Notes: generated from the sequence alone by a model not told the origin. Counted from the stretch's first letter, positions 8,623 through 16,815 are shown. The stretch is DNA of 20,000 nt from an uncultured virus (IMG/VR IMGVR_UViG_2654588052_000002) (IMGVR_UViG_2654588052_000002:51772-71771); one strand, 5' to 3'. Made by a program: numbers and translations.

Positions 8623-8716
8623 GACAGAATGAAAATGATTCAAAAAAGGACTTGTATAACGTAACATATGAATGTTTCATAAATGTATCGTAAAAGTGAA
8701 AAAAATCTATATTTTG

Positions 8717-9376
8717 TTATTTTACTCCATCTCTTTCTAATGCTTCTTTTAGCATTCCTTCAGCTTCTTTTCTAATTTCTTCAGGTGTCATCTGGTCCAC
8801 TGGTTTATAATTACCGTTTTTATCGTAGTCGGCTGTGTTAGTTTTTGGCTCATTTGTAGATGGCGGAACAGATTTATTAGGGTTCTCGTGTGTTATAACT
8901 TGAGATGCAGGAGATCCCTCTGTTTTAGACCTGTTTTGCTTTGTTAACTCTTCTTCTAACTTTTTTACTTGATCATCAAGAGCTTTATTTTCTGTTTCTA
9001 ATGTTTTTATGTTTTTGTGAAGTACCTCATTTTCTTCAACGATTTGTTCATTAAAGTTTAGTCGGTTCATAGGTTCTTTTTCTGGTGATATACCTACTAT
9101 AATAATTGCCATTAACATTAGTAATCCTGAAAAAACGAAATGATCTTTTGCTGTTTTTTTTAATAAGAGTTTAATAAATCCTTTAATTAAATAATAAATC
9201 CCGATAATTATAGTGTAAGTGAACGTCATAAACATGGTATGGAAAATCGTTCTAGATGTGAGGCTTGGGAATTCTCCAATTGTTTCATAAAGCGCACCAT
9301 ATGTAACTATTAAAATTGCAGCATACATTATCGTCAACATTAAGACGACAATTAAAAATCTTTTAAATAGTGTCAA
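8717..9376 (-). CDS. Membrane protein: 3 TM helices + coiled coil + small C-terminal domain
   Basis: TTG start with AGGAGG RBS; hydrophobic N-terminal half; heptad region LHKNIKTLETENKALDDQVKKLEEEL. Confidence 0.8.
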   Translation of the reverse strand: MTLFKRFLIVVLMLTIMYAAILIVTYGALYETIGEFPSLTSRTIFHTMFMTFTYTIIIGIYYLIKGFIKLLLKKTAKDHFVFSGLLMLMAIIIVGISPEKEPMNRLNFNEQIVEENEVLHKNIKTLETENKALDDQVKKLEEELTKQNRSKTEGSPASQVITHENPNKSVPPSTNEPKTNTADYDKNGNYKPVDQMTPEEIRKEAEGMLKEALERDGVK

Positions 9377-9452
9377 AGCTATTCCTCCTGTAAATCTTAG
9401 ATGTATTAGATAATTTAATAAAAAAATAAAAGCACTCTTTTGAGTGCCTATT

Positions 9453-9584
9453 TTAAGCAGATACAGTAGCTTTACCTTTACGGAAGATACCCATTAATCC
9501 ACCAATCATTAAAGCTATAAACGCGCAAATAAGACCAAAAATACCACCAATAAGACCTAATACAAATTCAGTTGTTCGTTTCAT
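9453..9584 (-). pseudogene. Internally deleted DUF4064-like membrane protein (43 aa)
   Basis: MKRTTEFVLGLIGGIFGLICAFIALMIGG fused directly to LMGIFRKGKATVSA; N- and C-termini typical of ~115-aa B. cereus DUF4064 proteins as recalled, middle helices missing. Confidence 0.6.
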
Positions 9585-9626
9585 TATAATCTCTTTAATT
9601 ATGTAAAATGTAAGATTTCCGAGCTT

Positions 9627-9670
9627 ATCATAGCAAACAATCAATTCAAATATTGTCATATTATGTCGAA
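9627..9670 (-). promoter_or_regulatory. Putative Spo0A-activated sigmaA promoter (unit B)
   Basis: TGTCATA(9654-9660)-tta-TGTCGAA(9664-9670); - strand ATGACA-21 bp-TATGAT with TG extension. Confidence 0.7.
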
Positions 9671-9711
9671 TGGAAACAAAAAAGCACTCATAAGAGTGCT
9701 TATCCTTCAAT

Positions 9712-10410
9712 CTAATGTTTTTTACTAGATTTTTTATGTCCTTTATTTCGTTCACAAGCTACACCATCGCCATCACGATCTAAATGCGAAGCATAAGCTG
9801 GGCTATCTGGAGTTATATCATAGTAACCAGCATTATTTGCATCTGTACAGTTTGCAAAGTGAACTTTCTCTTGTTTAGGTGCAGCTTGTTGCTGAGGTGC
9901 TGTATTAGCTGCAGCTTTTTGTTGCTCCTGTTCTTTTGCTCGAGCTGCTTCTTGTTGTTTCTTTTGTTCTTCCTGTTGTCTTTGAGACTCTTCTTGTTTG
10001 CGTTGTTCATCTAATCGCTTTTGCTCTTCGGCTTTTTTCTGTTCTTCCAATTGCTTTTGCTCTTCGGCTTTTTTCTGTTCTTCCAATTGCTTTTGCTCTT
10101 CAGCCTTTTTTTGTTCTTCTAACTTCTTTTGCTCGTCTAACTTTTTCTGTTCTTCAGCTTTTTGTTTTTCTTCATTTTCTTTTTGCTTATCTTTGTCCTC
10201 TTGCTTTACTTCAGCAGCAGTTGTTTTTACTTTTGTATCTTTAGCCTTTTCGCTTTTAGGAGAAAATGAGAAAAATACCATCGATAAAATTAAACAAGAA
10301 ATTGCTGAAATAGCGAGTTTCTTTTTACTCTTTCTTCTAACAGCAGCGACAATTAGCAATACTAAAAATATAAGTGCGGCTAAAAAGAATAATGCCATTA
10401 ATGCTTCCAT
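9712..10410 (-). CDS. Surface protein: 2 TM + E/Q/K coiled-coil repeats + C-terminal Excalibur Ca-binding domain
   Basis: FANCTDA...Y...LDRDGDGVACE Excalibur motif; ATG at 10410 has a GAGG RBS (ORF track start 10428 is likely too long). Confidence 0.85.
   Translation of the reverse strand: MEALMALFFLAALIFLVLLIVAAVRRKSKKKLAISAISCLILSMVFFSFSPKSEKAKDTKVKTTAAEVKQEDKDKQKENEEKQKAEEQKKLDEQKKLEEQKKAEEQKQLEEQKKAEEQKQLEEQKKAEEQKRLDEQRKQEESQRQQEEQKKQQEAARAKEQEQQKAAANTAPQQQAAPKQEKVHFANCTDANNAGYYDITPDSPAYASHLDRDGDGVACERNKGHKKSSKKH
10018..10163 (-). repeat. Coding tandem repeat, 36-bp unit (KKAEEQKQLEEQ) built from 18-bp subunits
   Basis: cttttgctcttcggcttttttctgttcttccaattg twice exactly, followed by degenerate copies. 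Confidence 0.9.
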
Positions 10411-10472
10411 AATCGGGCCTCTTTTCAAATAATATAGATTTTGAGAATCACATAATGTAAGATTTCTGGATA

Positions 10473-10516
10473 ATCATATCAAAATAAACATCTGTATATT
10501 GTCATATCGTGTCGAA
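10473..10516 (-). promoter_or_regulatory. Putative Spo0A-activated sigmaA promoter (unit C)
   Basis: TGTCATA(10500-10506)-tcg-TGTCGAA(10510-10516); - strand ATGACA-21 bp-TATGAT with TG extension. Confidence 0.7.
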
Positions 10517-10548
10517 TGAAAATAAAAAAGAGAGCCGAAGCCCTCTTA

Positions 10549-11019
10549 TTATATTCCTAATAGTTGTTTCTTTTTTGCTGTAAACTCTTCTTCTGTTAGA
10601 ATCCCTTGATCTTTCAATGCAGCTAGTTTAGTGATTTCGTCAGCGACAGAATAGGTATTTACAGGATTTGTTGTAGAAGAATGGTCATTAGAAGCGGAAG
10701 TATTTTTTTCTTGTTCGTTCATGTACCCTTCTATTAAATCTTTTGCTTTTAAGAAATTGTTATATTCGTGTTTATTAAACATGACAGTATTTTCATCTTT
10801 TGCCAAGTCAGAGGTGGATTTAGTTTTTACTTCAGAGCTTCCAGGGAAAACGAATTGAATATAACCATGTGAAAGGAAGCCTGGTGGTTTGAATTGTATA
10901 CCCGTAAGACTTTTGATTTGGATTTCTTTAGATCCCCTACCGATCAAACGAGAGTATTTAATAGTAATTTTAGTTGGTGTGACTACTAGTGTACTTAGTT
11001 GCCCTTTAAATTCTAGCAT
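10549..11019 (-). CDS. DUF4429/PH-like domain + C-terminal SHOCT domain protein
   Basis: KEIQIKSLTGIQFKPPG...GYIQF...DENTVMF and ADEITKLAALKDQGILTEEEFTAKKKQLLGI (SHOCT). Confidence 0.85.
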   Translation of the reverse strand: MLEFKGQLSTLVVTPTKITIKYSRLIGRGSKEIQIKSLTGIQFKPPGFLSHGYIQFVFPGSSEVKTKSTSDLAKDENTVMFNKHEYNNFLKAKDLIEGYMNEQEKNTSASNDHSSTTNPVNTYSVADEITKLAALKDQGILTEEEFTAKKKQLLGI

Positions 11020-11061
11020 GTATATCTCCTTTTTATAACAATTTATATTGATAATAAGATG

Positions 11062-11105
11062 ATAATAGCAAATTACACCTTCTTAATTTGTCATATTCTG
11101 TCGAA
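11062..11105 (-). promoter_or_regulatory. Putative Spo0A-activated sigmaA promoter (unit D)
   Basis: TGTCATA(11089-11095)-ttc-TGTCGAA(11099-11105); - strand ATGACA-21 bp-TATTAT with TG extension. Confidence 0.7.
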
Positions 11106-11112
11106 AGGTAAG

Positions 11113-11229
11113 AAAAAAGACACCCTAAGGTGCCTTCCTCCGACTTGAACCACTTTAATTTTAATAATATGTATTGGACGTCAATCTAAATATTATTTTA
11201 CCATGTTAAATTGTTTTGTTCATTGAGAA
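11113..11229 (-). repeat. Cassette-junction repeat copy 8 (long)
   Basis: aaaaaagacaccctaaggtgccttcctccgacttgaaccactttaattttaataatatgtattggacgtcaatctaaatattattttaccatgttaa...cattgagaa. Confidence 0.9.
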
Positions 11230-11380
11230 CAAGATAAGATACACGAGTCGTTTTTCCTTCTTCTCGATCAACTACATCTGGTTCTGCTGCTAATATATTT
11301 TCTCCTCTGCAATTATATATCTCTATCATACTATATAATTGTCAGCGGGTTTTTATATCGTTATTCAAATTTATTAATAT

Positions 11381-11602
11381 TTATATTTTTAAATACATAG
11401 CTGAAAAAGAATTCACGACACAATACAAATAAATTCCTATAGCAAAGAATGCTAGTAAAAGTCTTAATAATTTGTCCTTACAATATATACTTACTAGTAT
11501 TCCAAAAGGAACTAGTAAAATTAGTGGTGCGCACAACAATAAAATGCCTTTATATAAGCTGTCAGTTGTAAGCTGATTAATAAGTTCTATATAGAGTGAC
11601 AT
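11381..11602 (-). CDS. Small 2-TM membrane protein
   Basis: 73 aa, AAAGGA RBS, two hydrophobic segments; lies between two junction repeats. Confidence 0.65.
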   Translation of the reverse strand: MSLYIELINQLTTDSLYKGILLLCAPLILLVPFGILVSIYCKDKLLRLLLAFFAIGIYLYCVVNSFSAMYLKI

Positions 11603-11656
11603 ATGGTGTTCCTTTCTAAAACTAATCTATTTATTGTTATAATACATTATATATTC

Positions 11657-11712
11657 CATAAAGAAAAGACACCCAAAGGTGCCTTCCTCCGACTTGAATC
11701 ACTTTAATTTTA
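11657..11712 (-). repeat. Cassette-junction repeat copy 9 (short)
   Basis: cataaagaaaagacacccaaaggtgccttcctccgacttgaatcactttaatttta. Confidence 0.9.
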
Positions 11713-11826
11713 CTTTTACAATATTTCATCTGCTATTTGAAAAGAAGTTCCCCCTCTTAGTAAAAAAAGTATCACTTAATATACCTAAGGCATATAGTGA
11801 GTATGACTATATGGGAGGGGTTAAAT

Positions 11827-12204
11827 TTGAGTAGATATGAAGAACTGGAAGCGTTCGGAACTAGTTATCCTGAAATTCATCATTGGCATATCAAACATTG
11901 TAGATATAGAGTTTATGTAGCAATAGCTATTCCAAGTTGGAATCATGGTGATTTTAATGATTATGAAATAAGTGTTGTACGTAAATGCTTGGATCAGGGA
12001 GCAAACAGGGCACGACAACATCTTGCTCGATTTGGAGATAGTTTAGGTCATATAAACGAACTTTCTAAAGTCCAATCAGCACTTGATCATGCTCGAGAAG
12101 ATGTTATAGCGGTAATGTCTTATTGTGCGAGTCAAGATCCAGAGTTAGCAAAAATCCCTGCTAATATATTGGATTATAAAGTGTTTTCTAGAAAACATTG
12201 TTGA
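11827..12204 (+). CDS. Hypothetical cytoplasmic protein (about 125 aa)
   Basis: In-frame TTG at 11827 follows GGGAGGGG RBS (ORF track start 11797 lacks an RBS); no recognisable family. Confidence 0.65.
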   Translation: MSRYEELEAFGTSYPEIHHWHIKHCRYRVYVAIAIPSWNHGDFNDYEISVVRKCLDQGANRARQHLARFGDSLGHINELSKVQSALDHAREDVIAVMSYCASQDPELAKIPANILDYKVFSRKHC

Positions 12205-12270
12205 TAATGTTTTCTAAATTAGAAGTTATAACTTGTATTATTGAGCATAGATACTAATCTATGCTTTTTT

Positions 12271-12357
12271 CATAAAAAAAGACACCCTAAGGTGCCTTCC
12301 TCCGACTTGATCCACTTTAATTTTAATCATATGTATTGGACGCCAATCCACATATTA
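12271..12357 (-). repeat. Cassette-junction repeat copy 10 (long, abuts OLD stop codon)
   Basis: cataaaaaaagacaccctaaggtgccttcctccgacttgatccactttaattttaatcatatgtattggacgccaatccacatatta. Confidence 0.9.
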
Positions 12358-14064
12358 CTTCTCATTCCACCATTTTTGTATTTCTTTAATCAAAGGAAAA
12401 CGCTCAGCTTCTTCTTTAGACATTTTATTTGCGACTTCTTCCCCTACCTTGATTTTATTACGAATTCCAGGTACCTCATCAAAGTTTCCATAATCAAGGG
12501 TTTCAACTTCTTTACCTAAAACATCTGCCAAAATTTCCTTTGGATACATATTTTCTAATGTTCTATAGTCCTTAATCATTAAGAATTCAACATTATTTTC
12601 AATACATTCATCTTTATAATCTGATTTTACTTGTTTTATATTCCCGCCTTCAGCTTCGGATTTAGGTAGATCACTATCAATAATGACCATACTTTTTTCA
12701 TGCAACTTTTTTAAATCTTTTGCATCAATCTGAAAGAGATTTTCACCACCAAGAGGGATAATTAATATTCGTTCCCTTTCTATGTTTAAACCAACTTTAT
12801 CTAATAGTATGGTTAAGATGGTCACCTCAGTTTGTCCCTCAACAAATATTACACCTGTTGCAGAAAGAGCTAAAGGTAAATAAGCACCTAAAGTACTAAA
12901 AACAACATCTTTATTAGAGATATCAATTTCCTGACAATTTGTTTGTTGGCCATCATGCTTAATTAAATATAGTTTCTCTTTATCTTTTAAAGATTGTAAT
13001 ATAAAGGGAGAATGGGTTGCCAATACCCATTGTATTGAAAATTCACGAGAAATCTTTCTAATTAACTTAATAAATCTTTGCTGTAGCATTGGATGTAAAC
13101 CTATTTCAGGCTCGTCAATAAATACAATATTCATTTTGGAAAAATTATTTAGCACCTTGGCAACGAAAAACATAGTATTATAGATTCCATCACCACTTCG
13201 GGATAATGGTTGTTCTTTTTCATTTCCATTTTGGTTCCAAATTAAAAATATATCCTCAGATTTTTCATCTCCTTGAGTTCTATTTATTTCAACCCTTACT
13301 AATTCTGGAAGTAAAATTTTGAAATATTCCATGGATGTTTTATATTTTCCGGAAGTTTTCCCTCTTTCTGAACAAATCTCTTTGAAATAATTAACTAATT
13401 GTAATTTTTTATCCTCTTCTTTACTAAAAGCTTGTTCGTTACTTCTTGTAACACCTGGAACATATAAAGAATTCAGATTCTTCATAGAGTACTCAAATTC
13501 AGTTAAATATGTAATTATACGGTATAACATGTTTGGAAAATCAGTAATTTTATCATATCCAAAAAACTCTTGAACATGATTATTCCAAGATTTAAAATCA
13601 ACATAAGATTGAAATTCATCAAATATGCTTTGTCTAAGCGGGAGGCTTAGTAGTATTACTGCGTCTGAAAAAAACTGTTTAACCTTTTCTCTTTGAATAT
13701 CGATCCTTTGGTCATTTAAATCTTTTAATTCTTTTTCGAAATATTGATCTTCATCTACATACTTCCATAGTTTCTCTAAATCTTCTTTTGTACATTTAAG
13801 AGATAATCTGATACATTGTTGGGAGGTATCTTGAGAAAACCCTTTACGATGCGTACTTCCATCCAATAATTTAGATAGATCCTTATCCATTTCTGTACCG
13901 ACATTTATACAACTATTTAAACCTAAAAATGAGGCTAATAAAGCCGAAGTTTTCCCAGTATCATTAATTCCTGAGAGGACGGTAATGTTACTAATATCTA
14001 GCTTTAGTGGTGGATTACTTCCAATAGACCTAAAATTACTTATTTCAATACTATTTATATACAT
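12355..14064 (-). CDS. OLD-family ATP-dependent nuclease (ABC ATPase + TOPRIM), predicted anti-phage
   Basis: ISNFRSI, Walker A GINDTGKTS, signature SGDG, Walker B FIDEPEIGLHP, ATHSP, TOPRIM FVEGQTE and IIDSD, TLEN. Confidence 0.9.
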   Translation of the reverse strand: MYINSIEISNFRSIGSNPPLKLDISNITVLSGINDTGKTSALLASFLGLNSCINVGTEMDKDLSKLLDGSTHRKGFSQDTSQQCIRLSLKCTKEDLEKLWKYVDEDQYFEKELKDLNDQRIDIQREKVKQFFSDAVILLSLPLRQSIFDEFQSYVDFKSWNNHVQEFFGYDKITDFPNMLYRIITYLTEFEYSMKNLNSLYVPGVTRSNEQAFSKEEDKKLQLVNYFKEICSERGKTSGKYKTSMEYFKILLPELVRVEINRTQGDEKSEDIFLIWNQNGNEKEQPLSRSGDGIYNTMFFVAKVLNNFSKMNIVFIDEPEIGLHPMLQQRFIKLIRKISREFSIQWVLATHSPFILQSLKDKEKLYLIKHDGQQTNCQEIDISNKDVVFSTLGAYLPLALSATGVIFVEGQTEVTILTILLDKVGLNIERERILIIPLGGENLFQIDAKDLKKLHEKSMVIIDSDLPKSEAEGGNIKQVKSDYKDECIENNVEFLMIKDYRTLENMYPKEILADVLGKEVETLDYGNFDEVPGIRNKIKVGEEVANKMSKEEAERFPLIKEIQKWWNEK

Positions 14065-14263
14065 ATGAAAGCCTCCGATACAGTTTGAAATTTAAGTTTG
14101 AATAAAATAAAAAGTTTTTAAACATAAAATTATAATAGCATAAGTTTAGAATGTATCAGGGATATAGCTAGCTATATCTTCCCTTTTTATTACTCTCTAA
14201 TAAGGGATAACAACCTATTAATGTATTTTTAATCTTGTTGAGATACAAGTGTTTTGTCCAATG

Positions 14264-14365
14264 AAAAAAAGACACCCTCAGGTGCCTTCCTCCGACTTGA
14301 ACCACTTTACTTTTAATAATATGATTGGACGCCAATCTAATTATTATTTTACCACGTTAAGTAAT
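14264..14365 (-). repeat. Cassette-junction repeat copy 11 (long)
   Basis: aaaaaaagacaccctcaggtgccttcctccgacttgaaccactttacttttaataatatgattggacgccaatctaattattattttaccacgttaagtaat. Confidence 0.9.
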
Positions 14366-14429
14366 CTTTTTTCAAAAGGTTGGAAATTCAACCTGTTTTT
14401 TGATATATTTCGATTAAGGAGGCGTTGAG

Positions 14430-15779
14430 GTGTTACAACATTTTGAAGTTTATAAGTTACATGGAATTGAGGATAATAATATTTCCGTCAGGTTTAATAA
14501 TGATTTAACTTTATTAGTGGGAAAAAATGGTGCAGGGAAAACTACAACCCTTAATATTTTAAACATATTACTTTCTAAACAGTTTGAAAATTTATTTAGA
14601 TATAAATTTTCAAGGATAATTCTTACCACAGTAGAAGGTATCCTTATGATCAATAATAATGAGCGTCATTTAGATTTACAGTGGAATCCTACAAATAAGA
14701 AAAGTAGTTCTTCTGAACTTCAGATTAATAGAACAACATATTCTTATGGGTATAATAACAAACAAAGGATGACTTTTGAGTATGTTGGAAATCTAGATGA
14801 ATTTGCGAAATCCATAGATACAATGTATTTTCCTACCTATAGAAGGCTTGAAACAGATATATTTAATTTATTGTCTAATTCTATTAATAGTGATTCTGAG
14901 GATATCTCAGATTATTCAAGAAGGAAAGTAGATGAGGTATTTAACAATTTGTCTAGCTTCTCTTATGAAGCCAACAATAATATAGTTTTAGGTGTTTCTA
15001 ATAAAGAGATTAGTTCCATGATTAAGAATAAATGGGAAGAAGTCATAAAGTTTGAAAAGGAAAAGTTAAACCGTCTAGTGCGTAATTTTATGCTTTCCCT
15101 ATTAAGAACCCCTTCACCTAAAGATGCAATTCCATTAGAGGATCTACACAAAACATTTAATGCTAGTGAAGTTAGAGAGAAATTAAAGCAGTTTTTTACG
15201 ATGATAGGATATATAGATAAAGATAACCAAGTAGCGGTTTCATTAATAAATGAACACGTACAAAGGGTGGAGCAGGCTATAAACATGGATAGTGCAGGTT
15301 CAGAAATATCCCTAACCCAAGAGACTGTAGATGCTTTAATTTCTCATGATCAAATACATAGATTGTTAGAAATGTTTGAAGAAAGTCATGAAATTATAAC
15401 AGAGAAAAAAAAACCTTTTCGTGAATTAGTTAAAGATTTAAAGGAATTTATAGATGCGGATATCATTTTTGATGAGGGGCAGGGAGTACTCTCTTTTTCT
15501 AAAAATCATATTCAGCTAAATTCAGAAGATTTATCTTCTGGTGAAAAACAATTAGTTACTTTATTTGTATATACAAAATTATGCAACAAGGAAAACACTA
15601 TACTTTTAATTGATGAGCCAGAATTATCATTACATATTTCTTGGCAGAGAAAATTTTTAAAACATTTAATGAATAACAATAACAATGTTCAGTTTATTAT
15701 ATCATCTCACTCACCTTTTATAGTTTCTAATTATAAAGATAAGATAGAAGCATTAGCTCCAATGGGGGTTGAAGAGTAA
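14430..15779 (+). CDS. ariA: ABC-type (AAA_15/AAA_21) ATPase, PARIS AriA-like sensor
   Basis: GKNGAGKTT, YFPTYR, LSSGEKQ, LIDEPELSLHISWQ, SHSPFI; directly followed by a DUF4435-type TOPRIM gene. Confidence 0.8.
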   Translation: MLQHFEVYKLHGIEDNNISVRFNNDLTLLVGKNGAGKTTTLNILNILLSKQFENLFRYKFSRIILTTVEGILMINNNERHLDLQWNPTNKKSSSSELQINRTTYSYGYNNKQRMTFEYVGNLDEFAKSIDTMYFPTYRRLETDIFNLLSNSINSDSEDISDYSRRKVDEVFNNLSSFSYEANNNIVLGVSNKEISSMIKNKWEEVIKFEKEKLNRLVRNFMLSLLRTPSPKDAIPLEDLHKTFNASEVREKLKQFFTMIGYIDKDNQVAVSLINEHVQRVEQAINMDSAGSEISLTQETVDALISHDQIHRLLEMFEESHEIITEKKKPFRELVKDLKEFIDADIIFDEGQGVLSFSKNHIQLNSEDLSSGEKQLVTLFVYTKLCNKENTILLIDEPELSLHISWQRKFLKHLMNNNNNVQFIISSHSPFIVSNYKDKIEALAPMGVEE

Positions 15780-15780
15780 T

Positions 15781-16635
15781 ATGAATGAAGGTATCCCATT
15801 TTTGACAATTCAAGATAAAATGAATGCAGCTCTACTTGAGGGGAATGATATACCTTGTTTAATAGTAGAAGGTACAACGGATGTGCTTATCTATGAAAAA
15901 CTATTAGCTAATATAGAAATTGGAAGTGAACTTGATATTATAATTGGAGAGAGTAAATCTAATGTTAAGAAGTTTATTGAAGATGAGGGAGACGAGGTAT
16001 CTTTTCCATACTTAGCTATATTAGATTCCGATTATGAGCGTTATTTAGGTTGTTGTTTAAGTCATAACAATGTAGTTTATACTCATTCTTATACCATGGA
16101 GAACTATATAACTTCAAATGAAGTTATTGAAGAGGTTATTAGAAGTTTTACTACGCTAAAAACAAGAGGGATAACAGCTAATAAATTATTAGAGGATATT
16201 ATAAACTCTATAAAGCCCTTTATTTTTGCCTGTTTAGGAAAGCTAGAAAATGGGTGGGCTGTAAAGCTTGAAGATATAGGTTTAGAGACATGGGGTTATA
16301 GGAATGGTTTACAAGTAGATCAAGCGAAACTACTTAGTTATCTAAAAGAACAGTTAAAAGTTGATTTAGAGGATGAATTAAATAATTATGAAGTAACGCT
16401 TAATAAATTAATACAAACTGATCAATTGACTTTAGTATTAAGTGGAAAACGTATATATGATGCTTTATATTGGCGTTTTAAAAAAATATTCCCCAAATTT
16501 ATGGATGGGAAAAGTAAAAGGCTTTTTGAAAGAGAGTTATATTGCTATATACACTATGATTCCAAAGCACAAGAGTTAAGAAGTTATATAGAGAATCATT
16601 TTAAACAATATACGGCTGCTCTCACAATTCAATAA
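15781..16635 (+). CDS. ariB: DUF4435/TOPRIM nuclease, PARIS AriB-like effector
   Basis: LIVEGTTD, ILDSDY, YTHSYTMENY, SGK motifs; ATG 1 nt after the ariA stop (translational coupling). Confidence 0.8.
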   Translation: MNEGIPFLTIQDKMNAALLEGNDIPCLIVEGTTDVLIYEKLLANIEIGSELDIIIGESKSNVKKFIEDEGDEVSFPYLAILDSDYERYLGCCLSHNNVVYTHSYTMENYITSNEVIEEVIRSFTTLKTRGITANKLLEDIINSIKPFIFACLGKLENGWAVKLEDIGLETWGYRNGLQVDQAKLLSYLKEQLKVDLEDELNNYEVTLNKLIQTDQLTLVLSGKRIYDALYWRFKKIFPKFMDGKSKRLFERELYCYIHYDSKAQELRSYIENHFKQYTAALTIQ

Positions 16636-16773
16636 GCTAATGGTATTGATATAGATATATGTAAATTAGATAATAGCTAGTCTAATTTATAGTAAGATAT
16701 TTATAGAAAGGAGTTGTATTCGTACAGCTCTTTTTAGTATTTTTGTTTTATGTGTTCCTAAAATGAAAGCCAT

Positions 16774-16815
16774 AACGAAAAAGATCTGGCCTGTAAGGAT
16801 CAGATCTTTTTCGTT
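16774..16815. terminator. 15-bp perfect inverted repeat, likely bidirectional terminator
   Basis: aacgaaaaagatctg-N12-cagatctttttcgtt. Confidence 0.7.

Noticed and set aside
8667..8681. TATGAATGTTTCATA as a PlcR box
   Set aside because: 15 bp, one base shorter than the TATGNAN4TNCATA consensus.
9585..9755. N-terminal extension of ORF 9453..9755
   Set aside because: Runs through a terminator, the Spo0A-box promoter and the upstream gene end; the recognisable protein starts at 9584.
9784..10432. ORF-track frames 9784..10014, 9813..10010, 9936..10244, 9998..10432
   Set aside because: Shadow frames of the repetitive Excalibur-protein gene; low complexity and no RBS.
11140..11156. GGTTCAAGTC (minus strand) as a tRNA T-loop or tRNA fragment
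   Set aside because: Flanking bases (AGTGG / CGGAG) do not form a T-stem; no cloverleaf or CCA end.
12355..14064. OLD gene as Gabija GajA or retron-associated effector
   Set aside because: No adjacent UvrD helicase or reverse transcriptase in the window.
474..14365. Junction repeats as a CRISPR array
   Set aside because: Spacing is 0.5-3.2 kb and irregular, intervals contain whole genes, and no cas genes are present.
474..14365. Repeats as classical integron attC sites or IS/MITE ends
   Set aside because: No RYYYAAC...GTTRRRY boxes, terminal inverted repeats, target-site duplications, intI or transposase seen; the analogy is architectural only.
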